DNA from: Catajapyx aquilonaris
Lineage: Eukaryota
Length of the DNA stretch: 64,000 nucleotides
Assembly: GCA_000934665.2 (NCBI GenBank)
Contig: KZ537965.1
Span: forward strand, 62,001 to 126,000
Reading direction: 5' to 3'
Position numbers and translations under genes: made by a program. The notes beneath the pieces are model-generated. The model did not search any database, had not been told where the DNA came from, and saw only the letters and a program-made list of their open reading frames with translations. The number at the start of each line of letters is the position of its first letter. Position 1 is the first letter of the stretch. Positions 12,486 to 24,646 of the stretch are shown one piece after another.

Positions 12486-15400
12486 TGACTGCTAGTCGTT
12501 ATTTTTGGTCGAAAACAGCATAGTATAGTTTTTTTGATGAACGAAGGGAGAAATCTTTTTTCCGCGCCTCATTTCTCCAGCGCTTCTTCGTTGCAAAAAT
12601 GGCAATAACCCTATTTTTACCTCCTTCCGGCAGCAGATGAAAATGAGAGGAAGGTCGACATGCGCTTCTGGGTTGAAATCAGCCAATGGGAGGCTCCGAA
12701 TATCGATTTCCTGCTTGCAACACGGAAGAAAAATGCGGTAACATCCTTACACTAATGACACGCATTGTGCACGATGCATCGCCCTTCACCCACTGAAAAA
12801 AAAAATAGCTTGGCGTGAAATATGCCGAGTAGTTAATGTTTTACTGCACTTGACGACCATTCGTCTTTTGATTTTGATAAGGAAGTGACTATGCGTCACT
12901 TGTTATATATGGTCGCAAGTACCGGATAATTATAGCCAGCACGATAGCCCCCGTTTCCTAAATGTCTGTGTGTCCCGGAAACTGTGGGGGGGAAAAAAAT
13001 TGGCGGCGTGGAAAGACCATTGATGTCGGATCGGATTTCGCAAACGCGTTTGGTACAGACAACACCTGAGGGTTCCATAAACATGGCGCACGTCCGGGAG
13101 TCGAAAGGTCCTCGACTGATGAGTCTCAGTGAGAGAGGTAAATGGGTAATCTTATATCCCAGTTTCGGCCCCCAGATTTTCTCTGACGTGCTTGCGAGAT
13201 ACAAATGGGGTTTCATTTCTGGCTGAGGAGGGCTGAGGGGGCCTAATGAGGACAAATAGTCTGTGCCTCGCTCTTCGTCTTTCTTAAGGCAGACAAGAGG
13301 ACTCTGGGCTTGCCAGAGCACTAGGCCTATTCATATCACCTTTGTAATTGGCTGTGTAGATAAGGATTAAAACTTTTTCCACTCTTCTAGTCGAGAGCTT
13401 GCCCCTCCCTGCTCCAACTCCAAAGTTGGAAACCAATAATTCCACCTTTTCATTCACGTTCTTTCCAAGTGATGTCTTTTGTGCAAGGATGGAATTTGCA
13501 GAATGTCTAAATGAAATTTCACAAGCCGGTCCCAAAAAAAAGTGAGGGGGGGGGGGGCCAAAGTTGTTGAGTGAAAGGCCTAGACTGCTGCTTCTAAGAG
13601 GAGGTCACACAGGAAATTGATACAGAGATGCGGTTGTAGCCTTCGTGACGCTTCTTTGATGTAGTGCATTTCAGGCCATGCTTTTGCCTTATACTATATA
13701 TACTGTATATAGCGAAAGAGAAGGCGTGTTTTGTCTCCGCGCCACTTACTGGCTGCGGTTTCTGCCGGTTAGCCACGATTTGGAGGTTTCTTGGCCTGTC
13801 CCGAACCGAAAGACAAATGACTGAGACTGTCAAGAACCAAGGCATTTCGGAGACAAATTATGGAAGCTAAAGGGACGTGCCCGTACAAGGATGAAGAATT
13901 TAACCAACTTTTTAAACAAAAAAAAGGAAGCGTCATTTTGTGCGGGTGCACTGTAAGGCGCTTAGTGATACTCGCAGAAATTGCCAGAGAATTCAATTTT
14001 CAAGTGTCGCTCATATAGTGGTGCAAGATCTTAGCAGTACTTGTCATGCAGAGTGCTTAAAACACTGTATATACTGTACAGTGTGGCGGTATCGTTTGTT
14101 ACATTGAGAGGCAGCATTTCATGAATATTTTTCCAATTTGTGCCAAACAGCTTACAGTGTCTGTAGCCTAATATGACCAAATATACAGTGTAGTCCTCAA
14201 CGAGTAATTACTGATAGTTGAGCGGTCAATTTGCTAATAGAGCAGTGGCAAACTCCTTTACAATATTTTGCAGCTTCAAAACGTCATTCCTGTTTTGCAC
14301 TACAAGTCTTCAAACTGATCCGCCAATATTTTGCACAGCAGCTGCAGTCGTATTTTGAAGGATGAGTACTGTAGCCGCAGTGCAAATATACTAACTTACT
14401 AAAAATGTAGGGAATGTCGATTTGGAGCACTCAGATATCCGGAATGGCTCGAGTGCCATTGTTCTGCTGCAAAAAATAACCGATGATGCAGTGCAGTTTG
14501 GCAACAATACATCACGGACACTAATTGCTCGAATCCGGATATCGAAGATGTTGAATACTATGCTCCGGGAACGATTTATTCTCCGAGAGGGGAAGGGTTC
14601 ATTCTCCATACGAAAAAAATAGAGTAAAGTCGACTGACCAAATGTTCCACATCTTTTTATCCAGCTTCTTTGATGGATGTTCTAATTCGTCACATCCCCG
14701 TTTTTTTTTCAAAAAAGGGGGTATCCCGATACTCCCAGAACCGAATCGGGTTCAAGGAAATGGGACTATTAATCACAGTAAATGACTTCGAGGAAATAAG
14801 ATAGGATGTAAATGGGGGGGCGCTTTCAATTCAACCCTATTTTGAAACTTGTTTTGATAATTTTTGAGAATGCTTCCATCATGCCGTCCGGTGAGAGAGA
14901 GGTGACGGAAATTTTTACGACAGAAAAAAAGGCGAGAGATTGATCTGGTTGACAGCGTTTTTTTTTTTTGTTTGGTCCCGTAATAAATTAACCTCCCTAC
15001 ATACATCGGAAACTTCAAATGGGTATCGATCGCAACCAAATCGGGATAAAAAGTTGAGTTTTCATATTTTTTCACCATTAAGGTCTTTGACAGGCCAAAT
15101 GACTGTTATCGAGGACAAACCCATTCAAACCCTCTTGAGCTCGAAAGGAACGTGTATGAAATATTTTTTGTGCAAAAAGTTATAACGGGGGGAGAACTGA
15201 TTGAATTTGGCTTCTAAATACACTACGGGGTTTTTTTTGCAACGAAAATGATTAATTGACAGCATTGTTGCTTTTTAATGATATGGACCTGGCCCTATTT
15301 GTTTGCTGGCTTTGCTATCTCTACAGTGCCCTTGGCTTTCTGACCTGTCGGACGAAAAAACATACAGTGTAAGCTATGAAAGTTGAAGCGGGGTCTCTCT

Positions 15401-17648
15401 GAATCCATTGCACATAAAGTGGGCCAGCAAGCCGCTCCACTTGGAGGCGAAGGAAGCAACAAATGAAACTTTAATGAGTGGAAAGGTGTTCCTGATGAAA
15501 GTGGAATCTATTAGGGGCTGCAGCACCACAATTCTCTTGTGCGTAAAGTTTGCCAGGTGGAAGTGGAGGAGCAAGAGATATTTAAACAGAGCACTTCTCT
15601 CCACTAGTGGCGTGGCAGGTAGTACGACCATACTCTATATTAATAACTGGCTGCAGAAAATTTCCACTTCAAGAACCTTGGGTCAAATGAACCATGCTCT
15701 TTAGGAGATGCACTGTTAAATGACACTCAAACTTTACAAATATGTATTTCTACGTGCTGAAATTATGCTGCTGTGTTTCTGCAGATTGTGACTCATTCTT
15801 TTTTTTCCTTCGGGGTGACGTTCAGCAAGCAAGTCGTTTTGTCATCCCAGCTTTACCGCCCCCCCCCCCCCCCCCNCTCTCGAAACATCCCCGTCATTTT
15901 GCAGTTTCATTACGTGAGGAATTCCCATCCGAATGCTGCATACGGACCCGGTCCCCGTTATGACAAACGATAACTGCAAGCAGCAGCACTGCGGTGATTC
16001 ATTCGCACAAACGACTTCCGACATGAATCCCACTGGCTGGCTCCAGGTTATCCTGGAAAGTCGGGAGACTCCAGACATAAAGTGACGTGTAACGCCTTGG
16101 AAGCCCTGGCGTAAATGGTTTATGACTTTGAAGGAGGGCATGCGGTATGCTAATTATGTCTCTCACAATCCCCACAGCAAGCCCTGATCTGCTCCAGTAT
16201 GATTCGGTGTTATACTCAAATGTTCGTTACATAGTTTGGGAGTCCAAGAAATAACCTGCCCTCCTCTTCTTGCTCTAAACTAGGGATGAAAAATGGGCTG
16301 CAATTTCAAGATTAAGTCTAGGGGTTTCGCTCACGCTGCGAGATTCTCCTCCCGGATCAATTCTGCCGGGAACTCTGACACTAATTAAGGGACGGGGGTG
16401 TACATAGGGAGCTAGAGAGAAAAAAAACCCGGATTGATGAACCGCCGAATCGCACTTAGTGCATTTAAATTCCGGGAGGCCCAGCGACAATGCTCAGCTG
16501 ACCAAAAATCGGGGTACCCGAAGTGCACTGTTTGTTCCGCAGTTCCATTAATGACTCCTCCAGGGAGACAGAGAAAAAAAAATAGACAGAAGAGAGGCTA
16601 CAGTTGGCAACATTTCTCAGTTGCAATGCAATGAATCCCATTAGCAGATTATATTGCGCTGAATAATGGATAGGCTTCAGGTTTTCCTCCTGGGAGAACC
16701 TACCACCGCAGAAACATAGTAATAAGCGAGAATAATTATCTCAATGTCCCCCCCATGCACGGTGTAATTCCTGGGAAAACTTGGCAACGACTGGAAAATA
16801 TATATAAGGAATGGTCCGAAAAGAATGTGTGAAACATTCGCACAACCGCGATACTTTAGGTACCCCCTGCATATATCAGCCCCATTATAGCTATTAGTGT
16901 CATAAAGCGACGATAATTGCATGCCGTGCAAGGCGATTTACCCTGCAAGTGTTGCATGTGTGAGGAGTGCGCTAATTAGCACTCCGAGTATAGTCTCAGT
17001 GAATGCATTTAATTGGTGAGTTATTCGTGGAAACCCCCCCCCCCTCTCTCTCTCTCTCCTCCCCTAGTTTCTGTTCTCCTGAATTTGAATGGCCGGTATT
17101 GAAATTCAGCGGTTGCTGGTACATAATTGGGGCAAAAATTCGTGGTCAGTTGAGCTCTTTGTGCCGAGGCAATGAGGGCGCTCGTCGATGCATCACGACG
17201 GGCCATTCTTGGCAAATTATGCGCTTACACGGGCGAGAGAATGCATGGAAAGCAGCGCGCCTTTCCACGCGTGATGATGCCATCCGAGGCTTCCGTCATT
17301 GTGACGTTATCGAAAAGTAAAAGAGGGGGGGGGTCCCCAGAGCCAGTTCTCTGGAGGGACGGACACGAAACGTGATGAGAATCCTGAAGCGTATGCAACC
17401 CAAGCGACATCCATGTGACATTAGATTTATGACCCTTTTTTTTTGAAGAATAAGGGACTACGAGATTGAACTAAAATTTGGCAACACTGCCCGAGACGGG
17501 ATGTGTCACTACAAGGTGGCACTACTCCCGTGCTCAGGCGGAAAGTAGTACTGCATGCACGTTGGTGATGAGTCACAATGAACGCGATATGCTTTTTGTA
17601 AGCAATTTATTCGTGAAATAACATTAATATTTGCACACATAACCAGTA

Positions 17649-17810
17649 CAGTGCTGGCCAATAATCGAGGCAACTACTAGCGACATTTTTCCGAAGCGGC
17701 AGAAAAAGGAATCGAAGATAAGCATGCTACAAGCCGGGAGAGCCAGATTCCTTCTTCTGCCGCTTCGGAAAAATGTCGCTAGTCGTTGCCTCGATTATTG
17801 GCCAGCACTG
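17649..17810. mobile_element. Tc1/mariner-type MITE, 162 bp, 65-bp TIRs, TA target-site duplication
   Basis: Arms 17649-17713 and 17746-17810 are reverse complements at 63/65, with a 32-nt spacer. Termini are CAGTG...CACTG, flanked by TA at 17647-17648 and 17811-17812. Confidence 0.88.
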
Positions 17811-19279
17811 TACACACGAATACACTGTTGCAAAATTGAGCTGGGTGTGATTTCAAAATGAATGTAAAACAGTGGCTAGACAGAAAGGTCTCTGGCCTGG
17901 GTCGCATTGTGCTTTAATGAAGTCTAGTGCAGCAGCTGAACTACAAGTGTCAATAAATGAAAGAGCGATTTTTTTCCGGGAGCACAGTTACAGCGTAATG
18001 ACTTCGGCTCTCGTACTACCTGATGAAACGAACTAGAAAGAGCATAATATTATCAGTATGGGAAATGGCGGTTAAATTTTTAATGGGGGTGTATACATCA
18101 AAATTCTGCATGCCCCCGATGGGACTTCGTCAGAGTGTATAATTATTACATAATATTGTTGACTCAACCTGGCTGCAATGGCGTTTGCAATTTTATGTGC
18201 TGGGAGGGATTAGTTGCATAGAGATAGGAGTAAATATTTTATGCAATTCGGCTCTATATGAAACGTGAGCATGTACAATTTTTTGTAATGTTAGCAGCGA
18301 TGTCACATGGGTTCAGTTTAATTTTTTTTATGTGGCAATTTGTAATATTTGATTTAATACTGTTTCAAACGGCATTTAAGTCGCCTATAACAAGGGAAGA
18401 CAACAACTTTTTTTATTATTTTGTGCATAAAATTGGAAAAAAGTGAGGACAGGCCGAGAAGATCCGACTCTCCTGCAGCGGATTTATTTGCAAGTAAGGC
18501 GAAACGTCCCCTCGGCCATTCTATGCAACAGAAGTGCCATCAGACAAAGATTAAATGCTTCCAAGAGGGGGTAGGTGGTGGCAACGAGAGGAAGGGGGGG
18601 AGGGAAGGATTTTGGTGGTGGGTAGGAGGAGGGGAGAGTCTTCGTTTTATTAGGACGAAATATTATTCCAGATCGCGGGAAAGCGCCCCGTTTCTCATCA
18701 GATGATTCCAGGCTTGAAATTGCCTCCAAGCACGAGAGGATTTCATGAATAAGTTTGAATGTTGAATTTTTACGCAGTGGAGGATCTAGGCTCCGGCCAG
18801 GGGCCAACGGGAATGATGAAAGGAAATAAGGATTGGGGGGGATGGTGGGGGATGAGAAGAGGAGGGGAGGGGAGACCATCTTCGCAAAAGGCAGACAAGG
18901 TGAGCTTGGTCCGTGAGGGCGGCTCAGATTTACCTCTCACAAGTCGGAGGAATCCCTGCCTCAATTCGAATATGCGAAAGGCCAGACCACTGATATGAAT
19001 ACGGTGTGACTCTTTCGCAATGCGGTGGTCCTTTAATAATTTACTAGCTTCCTCCTTCCACCCACCAGAGGCGCTGCCTCCTCCCATTGCGCAGGCGCAG
19101 AACGACGGCCAATCGGAACCGTCGTACAAAAAATATACGACGGGTCAATCAGAAGACTCACACATACAACGAATGATTTTAATAGTATATAATGCAATTT
19201 TTTGATCGAATCTGCCTGATAATTTCTGTACAAGTTATATTGATAACAGTGTGTTCATATCAGAATGTATATATTATGT

Positions 19280-19357
19280 TGCTAATGTTCATCTCTCTCT
19301 TTCTACAGGTAAGCTGTAACTTCCACTCATTAGCAGTCATCGCAGCTAAAAGTAGGT
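19280..19357 (+). other. Candidate recursive splice site (ratchet point) 2 with 43-nt cryptic RS-exon (19309-19351)
   Basis: TGCTAAT branch-like motif 19280-19286, tract ttcatctctctctttct, then CAG (AG 19307-19308) directly followed by GTAAGC (19309-19314). Second donor GTAGGT at 19352-19357. Confidence 0.75.
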
Positions 19358-22300
19358 GGTGCCACCTCCGATATTAAATTCCGCTCGCGTCCACGCAACA
19401 TAAGTGTGCCATACATGTGTAGCCGTACATACTCAATCGAGTGGCCCTCTCTATTTTTTTGTGTGATAGGACCAGAGTGGGGGGACATCCGAGGCTCGGG
19501 TGTTGACTTTTGTCCGGGGGCCAGACGAGGCTAACGCTATATCCCCTAGGGGGGTGGGCCAGCACTGAAAACAAAACAAAAAAAAAAGCTTCGGCTTTTT
19601 GATCGCTGTTAAAACTAGAAAGCATGTAAGCGAGGCACAATGGTCATTTGGCAGGCCAACAGTAGCAATGATGCAATAATTATCTCTGAAATGTCGCGGT
19701 GTTTTGCTCGTTTTAATGGCGCCAATTGCCGTCCCCTGGATTCGCATGTTGACTAATACGAGCCATCCCTTATTAATTCATGGCCAGAGTTTCCGACTAT
19801 TGTGATTTTCAGGGACCCATACTATAGCCACGTGCATACATTAATATTATATTTTAAATCCCAGAGTCGCATAGCAGGTGACCATGAATTGATTCTCGCA
19901 TAATCAGCATGGGGGAGTGTCACATTCACATGTTACGAGGCTGTTAAAACGTAAGCTCTGCTGGCTACACACATGCAGACGTGTGTTTATATACGTATGG
20001 GGGGGCGAATATTTATCTTCTGTGCCCAGAATCCGATGAAGCTTGTCAGGTTTTTGAACCCAGGTTTCCTCCCATTGTCCTCAGTTCCCCCCCCCCCCCA
20101 CAAAGATTAATACTTTGTGTAAACTCTTATGACTAGGGGAGTCACAGTGATTCCCACGGGCGCTCCAACAAACGCTTCTGCAGACAACCAATAAGTTAGA
20201 CTGTTAGAGGGGTCCGGGTAAAAAAAAAATATAGTGGGGGAAAAAAACTAGCAATGTTGGGGTCACTGGGAAAAGCCAAGTTTTCTTTTGGAGGCAAACT
20301 GCCAGACAGGGAGCTACAAATCATCCGGCAGTGCCAAGTGGCGCAAATTCATTATTGTATGGCCCTGAAATACATCCATTACTACAATGGGATTACTCCA
20401 CTCCGTCGGACCCACTTCACTAAGGCTTGGCCGGCCGCGTATTTTGAGGTGTCACGCACATGTTTATTTCGTGCCAGTGTACAGTGCAAGATGAGCATTA
20501 CACCTACCGAATTTGCATTTCGTACGAGATTATAATATGGGGCGAAATTTAGCTGATATGAATAATCATCAGCAGTCCGATGCGGCAGGTACGCGTGTTG
20601 TAATATAATAATGGAAGTAGATTGCGCAAGGTGCTTTTGTCTGAATAACACGTGTCACGCGAGTGTATTAATTACAGGGATTCACATTGGGTGACACTCT
20701 CACGGTCCTGCTCCCTGGAAAACCTCATGTGCGTGTAGTGTACTGGAAATTATGTGCCGCAATAATTTGTTTTAAAAAAATTGTGCGCTAATTTATTTAT
20801 TTTCCAAATGGGGTCTTGTCCCTATGGAGCGTCTGCTAATGAAGAATTCGCGTCGTTTATAGAAGTAATTGGCGCCAATCATACGCATGCTGTAGCTATT
20901 GCGAATTTGAAGAGAGGAGGGCTTGATTCTGCGCTGCAATCGCACTCGTGTGACCATGTTCCCATGAAGCCTGCGGTAGGTGTAATGGATCACTATGAAC
21001 AATAGATTCCGTGTTTCCAAATGGAAACTAAATTGGCAGTTTCCATTAACAGACTGGCAGATATCACTGTTAATAACTGTTCGGGCGACAATGTGGTTCA
21101 ATATTAAAATCTAACGCTTATATTGTAGTGGGGAGGGGAAGGGTGAATTTAAATCAAATGTTATAAATTGCCCTGGGGACTGATGGCGGCCGCTCTGTCA
21201 TACTTGGGTCACAAGTATCGGAATAGTGTATCGCTTTCCACGTGATGTGAATAGAAGAAGCCGCTTCACGCATGGAGCATAAATTGATTGATTTTCTCAT
21301 CGACCCCCGATGCATATTGGAGTCAATACCTCCGAAAATTGCCAGAATATTGCGACAATTATTAATATTAGTAATGGACCATTTTAACATGCCGGTAGAC
21401 TGTACCTGCAAAGTGATATGGCGTCATTGATTGTAGGTGCTTAATTGGTGTCAGTGCATTAATTAGAGTGGGTCACTTTTTAGGCCAGGCGCAATATTTC
21501 ACGTCGGAACCCGGCAATAATTTTGAAAGGTGTCGATGCCCTCCGGCCTTGCAAAGGTGGAAGGGGGGGGGGGGGGGGGNGGGGGGGCAAAACTGGGAGT
21601 CAATTTTTACGAGCTGATATTTATGGAGTTTCCCCGAGTTATCATTTTCTGAAAGAGCTCTAGGGCGGAACCTTAATTTATCTGCCATCAGGAGAGTTTG
21701 GGTCATATAATGGCATTGTGTGGCAAGCCCCAACAGAGACGACTTGGGAAAAGTACCAGACCCCTGGTTGTTGGATGGGGCCCATTGAGTCTTTTTTGCC
21801 ATGAAAAGCCGAGCCTTCATGTTTTGCTAGCTGCAACGTGCGAGTCTCTTCGGTATGTTCTATATGCCGCGGATCCTTTGCCTGGATCCCCTTACGTAAG
21901 CCCTCAGGCTCAACCCCTGCAATGTGTAATTGCCCCCCATATTTTAATTGTGGTTAGGAGAGGGTCTGTTTGATTAAAAAGGAGATGGTGGGGGAGAGAA
22001 AAGGGTTGCCACAATTCATTTCAGTCAAGGCAAAACCTGCATGTCTCTCTAGGGAGGACCCATCCGGGAGCGTGGAAATGAACATTGTCTGGAGGAAAAG
22101 TGACAGAAAAGTAGCAACTTTCAAAGTCCATTCCCACAGCATCCAGAGAGGTAAAAAGAGTCGCGGTTCTTTCCTCTTATTAATCACCCCAGTTCTCCAA
22201 TTGGATCTGTATGCCATGGGAAAGGATATTACGCTTTCGGCTGCGGGATCCCGCGGCTTTAATTATACGAATGCGCTTACTGTATTTTCCTAATCCGGAG

Positions 22301-24555
22301 GTGATCAATTGCAGACTTGCCCGGGTATAAATTACAAAAGGGGGAGGTGTGCTACCCTGTTTTTTTATATATATTCCGGTGCAAGCAACATTGTTTCATG
22401 GTTTTCAACAAACTTGCAGGCCGCCTTAAAATTTGCAGGCTGGGCGACTGTAATGAAATTCAGAAGGCGCGAGTCCGCGTTAGCAAAGGGTGAATAACTC
22501 AGTAGGTGTAAATTGCACTAAAGTGCGTGATGTGCACAATTGCCCAGAGGCTCACTCGCTTTAAACTAGTGCTTGGGTGCTGGGCATTCCAAACCCTTGG
22601 TGCTGCTGCTTTGCGTTTTCATTTAGAATGGTCATTAGTCTTGCTCACGTGCATCCAGGGTATCGATCAGACAATTCTCGCGGGTATATATTCATGCCGG
22701 TGTAATGCATTTGTGCAGGCCTTGTAATTAAGGGTTTAAAGTTTACTTCCCAGGACGGGAAGTCCATTGAGTTGCAGTTTAATGATCATTTAGGAGAAAG
22801 GCTCTTTGTTGTGGACGCTAACCGATTCGTCCAGGGAACAGGGGCCAGAGATCTGATAATAGTTGGTAGGGGAAGAGAGAGAGAGAGAAAAAAAGTTAAA
22901 GGTGAAATGTTTGGACTCCTGATTCTATCGGGCTTACCCAGATAAGCTTGTTATAAACCAAAACGGGGAATGTTTTACCGCGGTACTTACCAATTACTCG
23001 ACCCGGTGTATGTCAAAGGCCATGGCTAAATCCGGTGGCTATTTCTGCTGGACAGTCCACGCTAAACGTGAAGCGGAGTAATTAATTACTAATAAGGCAA
23101 ATAAACAACTGTCCCACCAGCAAATTCAAAATATTAAAATATTTCGCATGGCAGACCTTCGTTCGTCCACCCCCCAAAAAATGGAGTTGAAAAAATGTAT
23201 TTTCCACCAATTTGTGGCAGTCACTACGATTTCTCCATTTTTTTAAAAAAAATACGTAATTAACTAAAAATTCCCTATTTGTAGATTGCTGCCCAGTACA
23301 TTCGACCCAATTAATTTTTTTACTAACCGGACGCTTAATTAATCCAGGTTCAAACTAATGGTCAGTGTATGCAAAGAAATAAGAGTTTTGTACAGTAACT
23401 GCCGCTGTACCCCCAAAATATTCTGCTACAATATATCACAACAATGGTGCAGTTTTCAATTCTGTCTGGCCCATATCGTGTATTTAAGAGAAGGCACAGC
23501 ACAGCCTCCGGAAAAGCAGGTCGAGACATATACTCCTTGGCGTCATGTCCGCAGAGATTCATAACTTCCTGTTGAATTCCTCCATTCCGGACGGCACCGG
23601 AAAGTTTTCAGCCAGTTATAGAGAGTTCTAAGCTCCAGTTTTGGCTCTAGGGAGACACAAGAGCCGGATAGTGTATAGACCCCTCTTGTTTCATTAAGAG
23701 AGATGCCTCTATACTTAACCGGAATTATTTTTGGCACACCCTGTGGATGTATCAGTACATTGCGAATTCATTTTTGCAGCTGAACTCAAGCAGAAAGGTT
23801 CTCTACAAATGAACCCCTTTTTTCCATCCGGGCTAGTCAGTTCCCACATCACATACGCACACATTCACACACGCACTTCTGGCAGTGGGTCTGATGGCGG
23901 GTGTGGGCACAGTTGCTGGGGGAAAAATAGGGGGAAAAAATCGCTGCATGTCCGCAACGACGCATCACTCGACATTTTGCGGATGCGATGCGGTCTCCGG
24001 ATTCTGAAACGACGGTCCTCCGCATGCAGATTTACGGTGAGTAATCAGCGATCCTGTTTGTGCAACCGGGGTGAAAATGGGTCCGGACAGAAAAGCTCTC
24101 TCATCTCCTAAGGAATTTCGAGGGGAGGGCTTCACATGCGGACTGCTACATGAGGCTGGTTCCGGACGAGCACATGTGTTAGTAGAGAGAGGACGTTTCC
24201 ATCTGACTAAATGACTTCACGCTTTAGTCGCTTCAGCAGCAAAACGTGCATAAATCTTGCCCCGCTCGGACTCACTCTGAACCCAACTTGCGGTTTTCCA
24301 CTTTGATGGCCTCCGGAGCCTGCCTGGCGTTTTAGAGGAACCCGGAGCGACGGAATCAGGGACCGCACAACTCCGGAGTCCGGTACAGGAAGTTGGGCCG
24401 CACCTGGGCGGGTATGCAACAACGTCGTCAATTGAACACACTCGGATGTGCCATCTGTTGATAGTATCCAACCGTTGTAATTTGTTAATCACAAGGCAGA
24501 AATTTGCACAGTATTGAAGGAAAAAAATGTTGCTTTCATGTAGAAGAATTATTTC

Positions 24556-24646
24556 AAAATATCACCAAAATGTTGCATACACCCATGCTCAATATGTTGC
24601 ATACGCGCAATGTTGTTGGGCGTATGCAACATTTTTGTAATATTTT
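24556..24646. repeat. Inverted repeat, 30-bp arms, with an internal third motif copy
   Basis: 24556-24585 versus 24617-24646 match 27/30 inverted; the spacer contains another ATGTTGCATAC. Confidence 0.75.

Noticed and set aside
14408..14700. Possible hAT-like element (TAGGGAATGT...ACATCCCC, internal GATATCCGGA inversion)
   Set aside because: Terminal match too weak and no 8-bp TSD.
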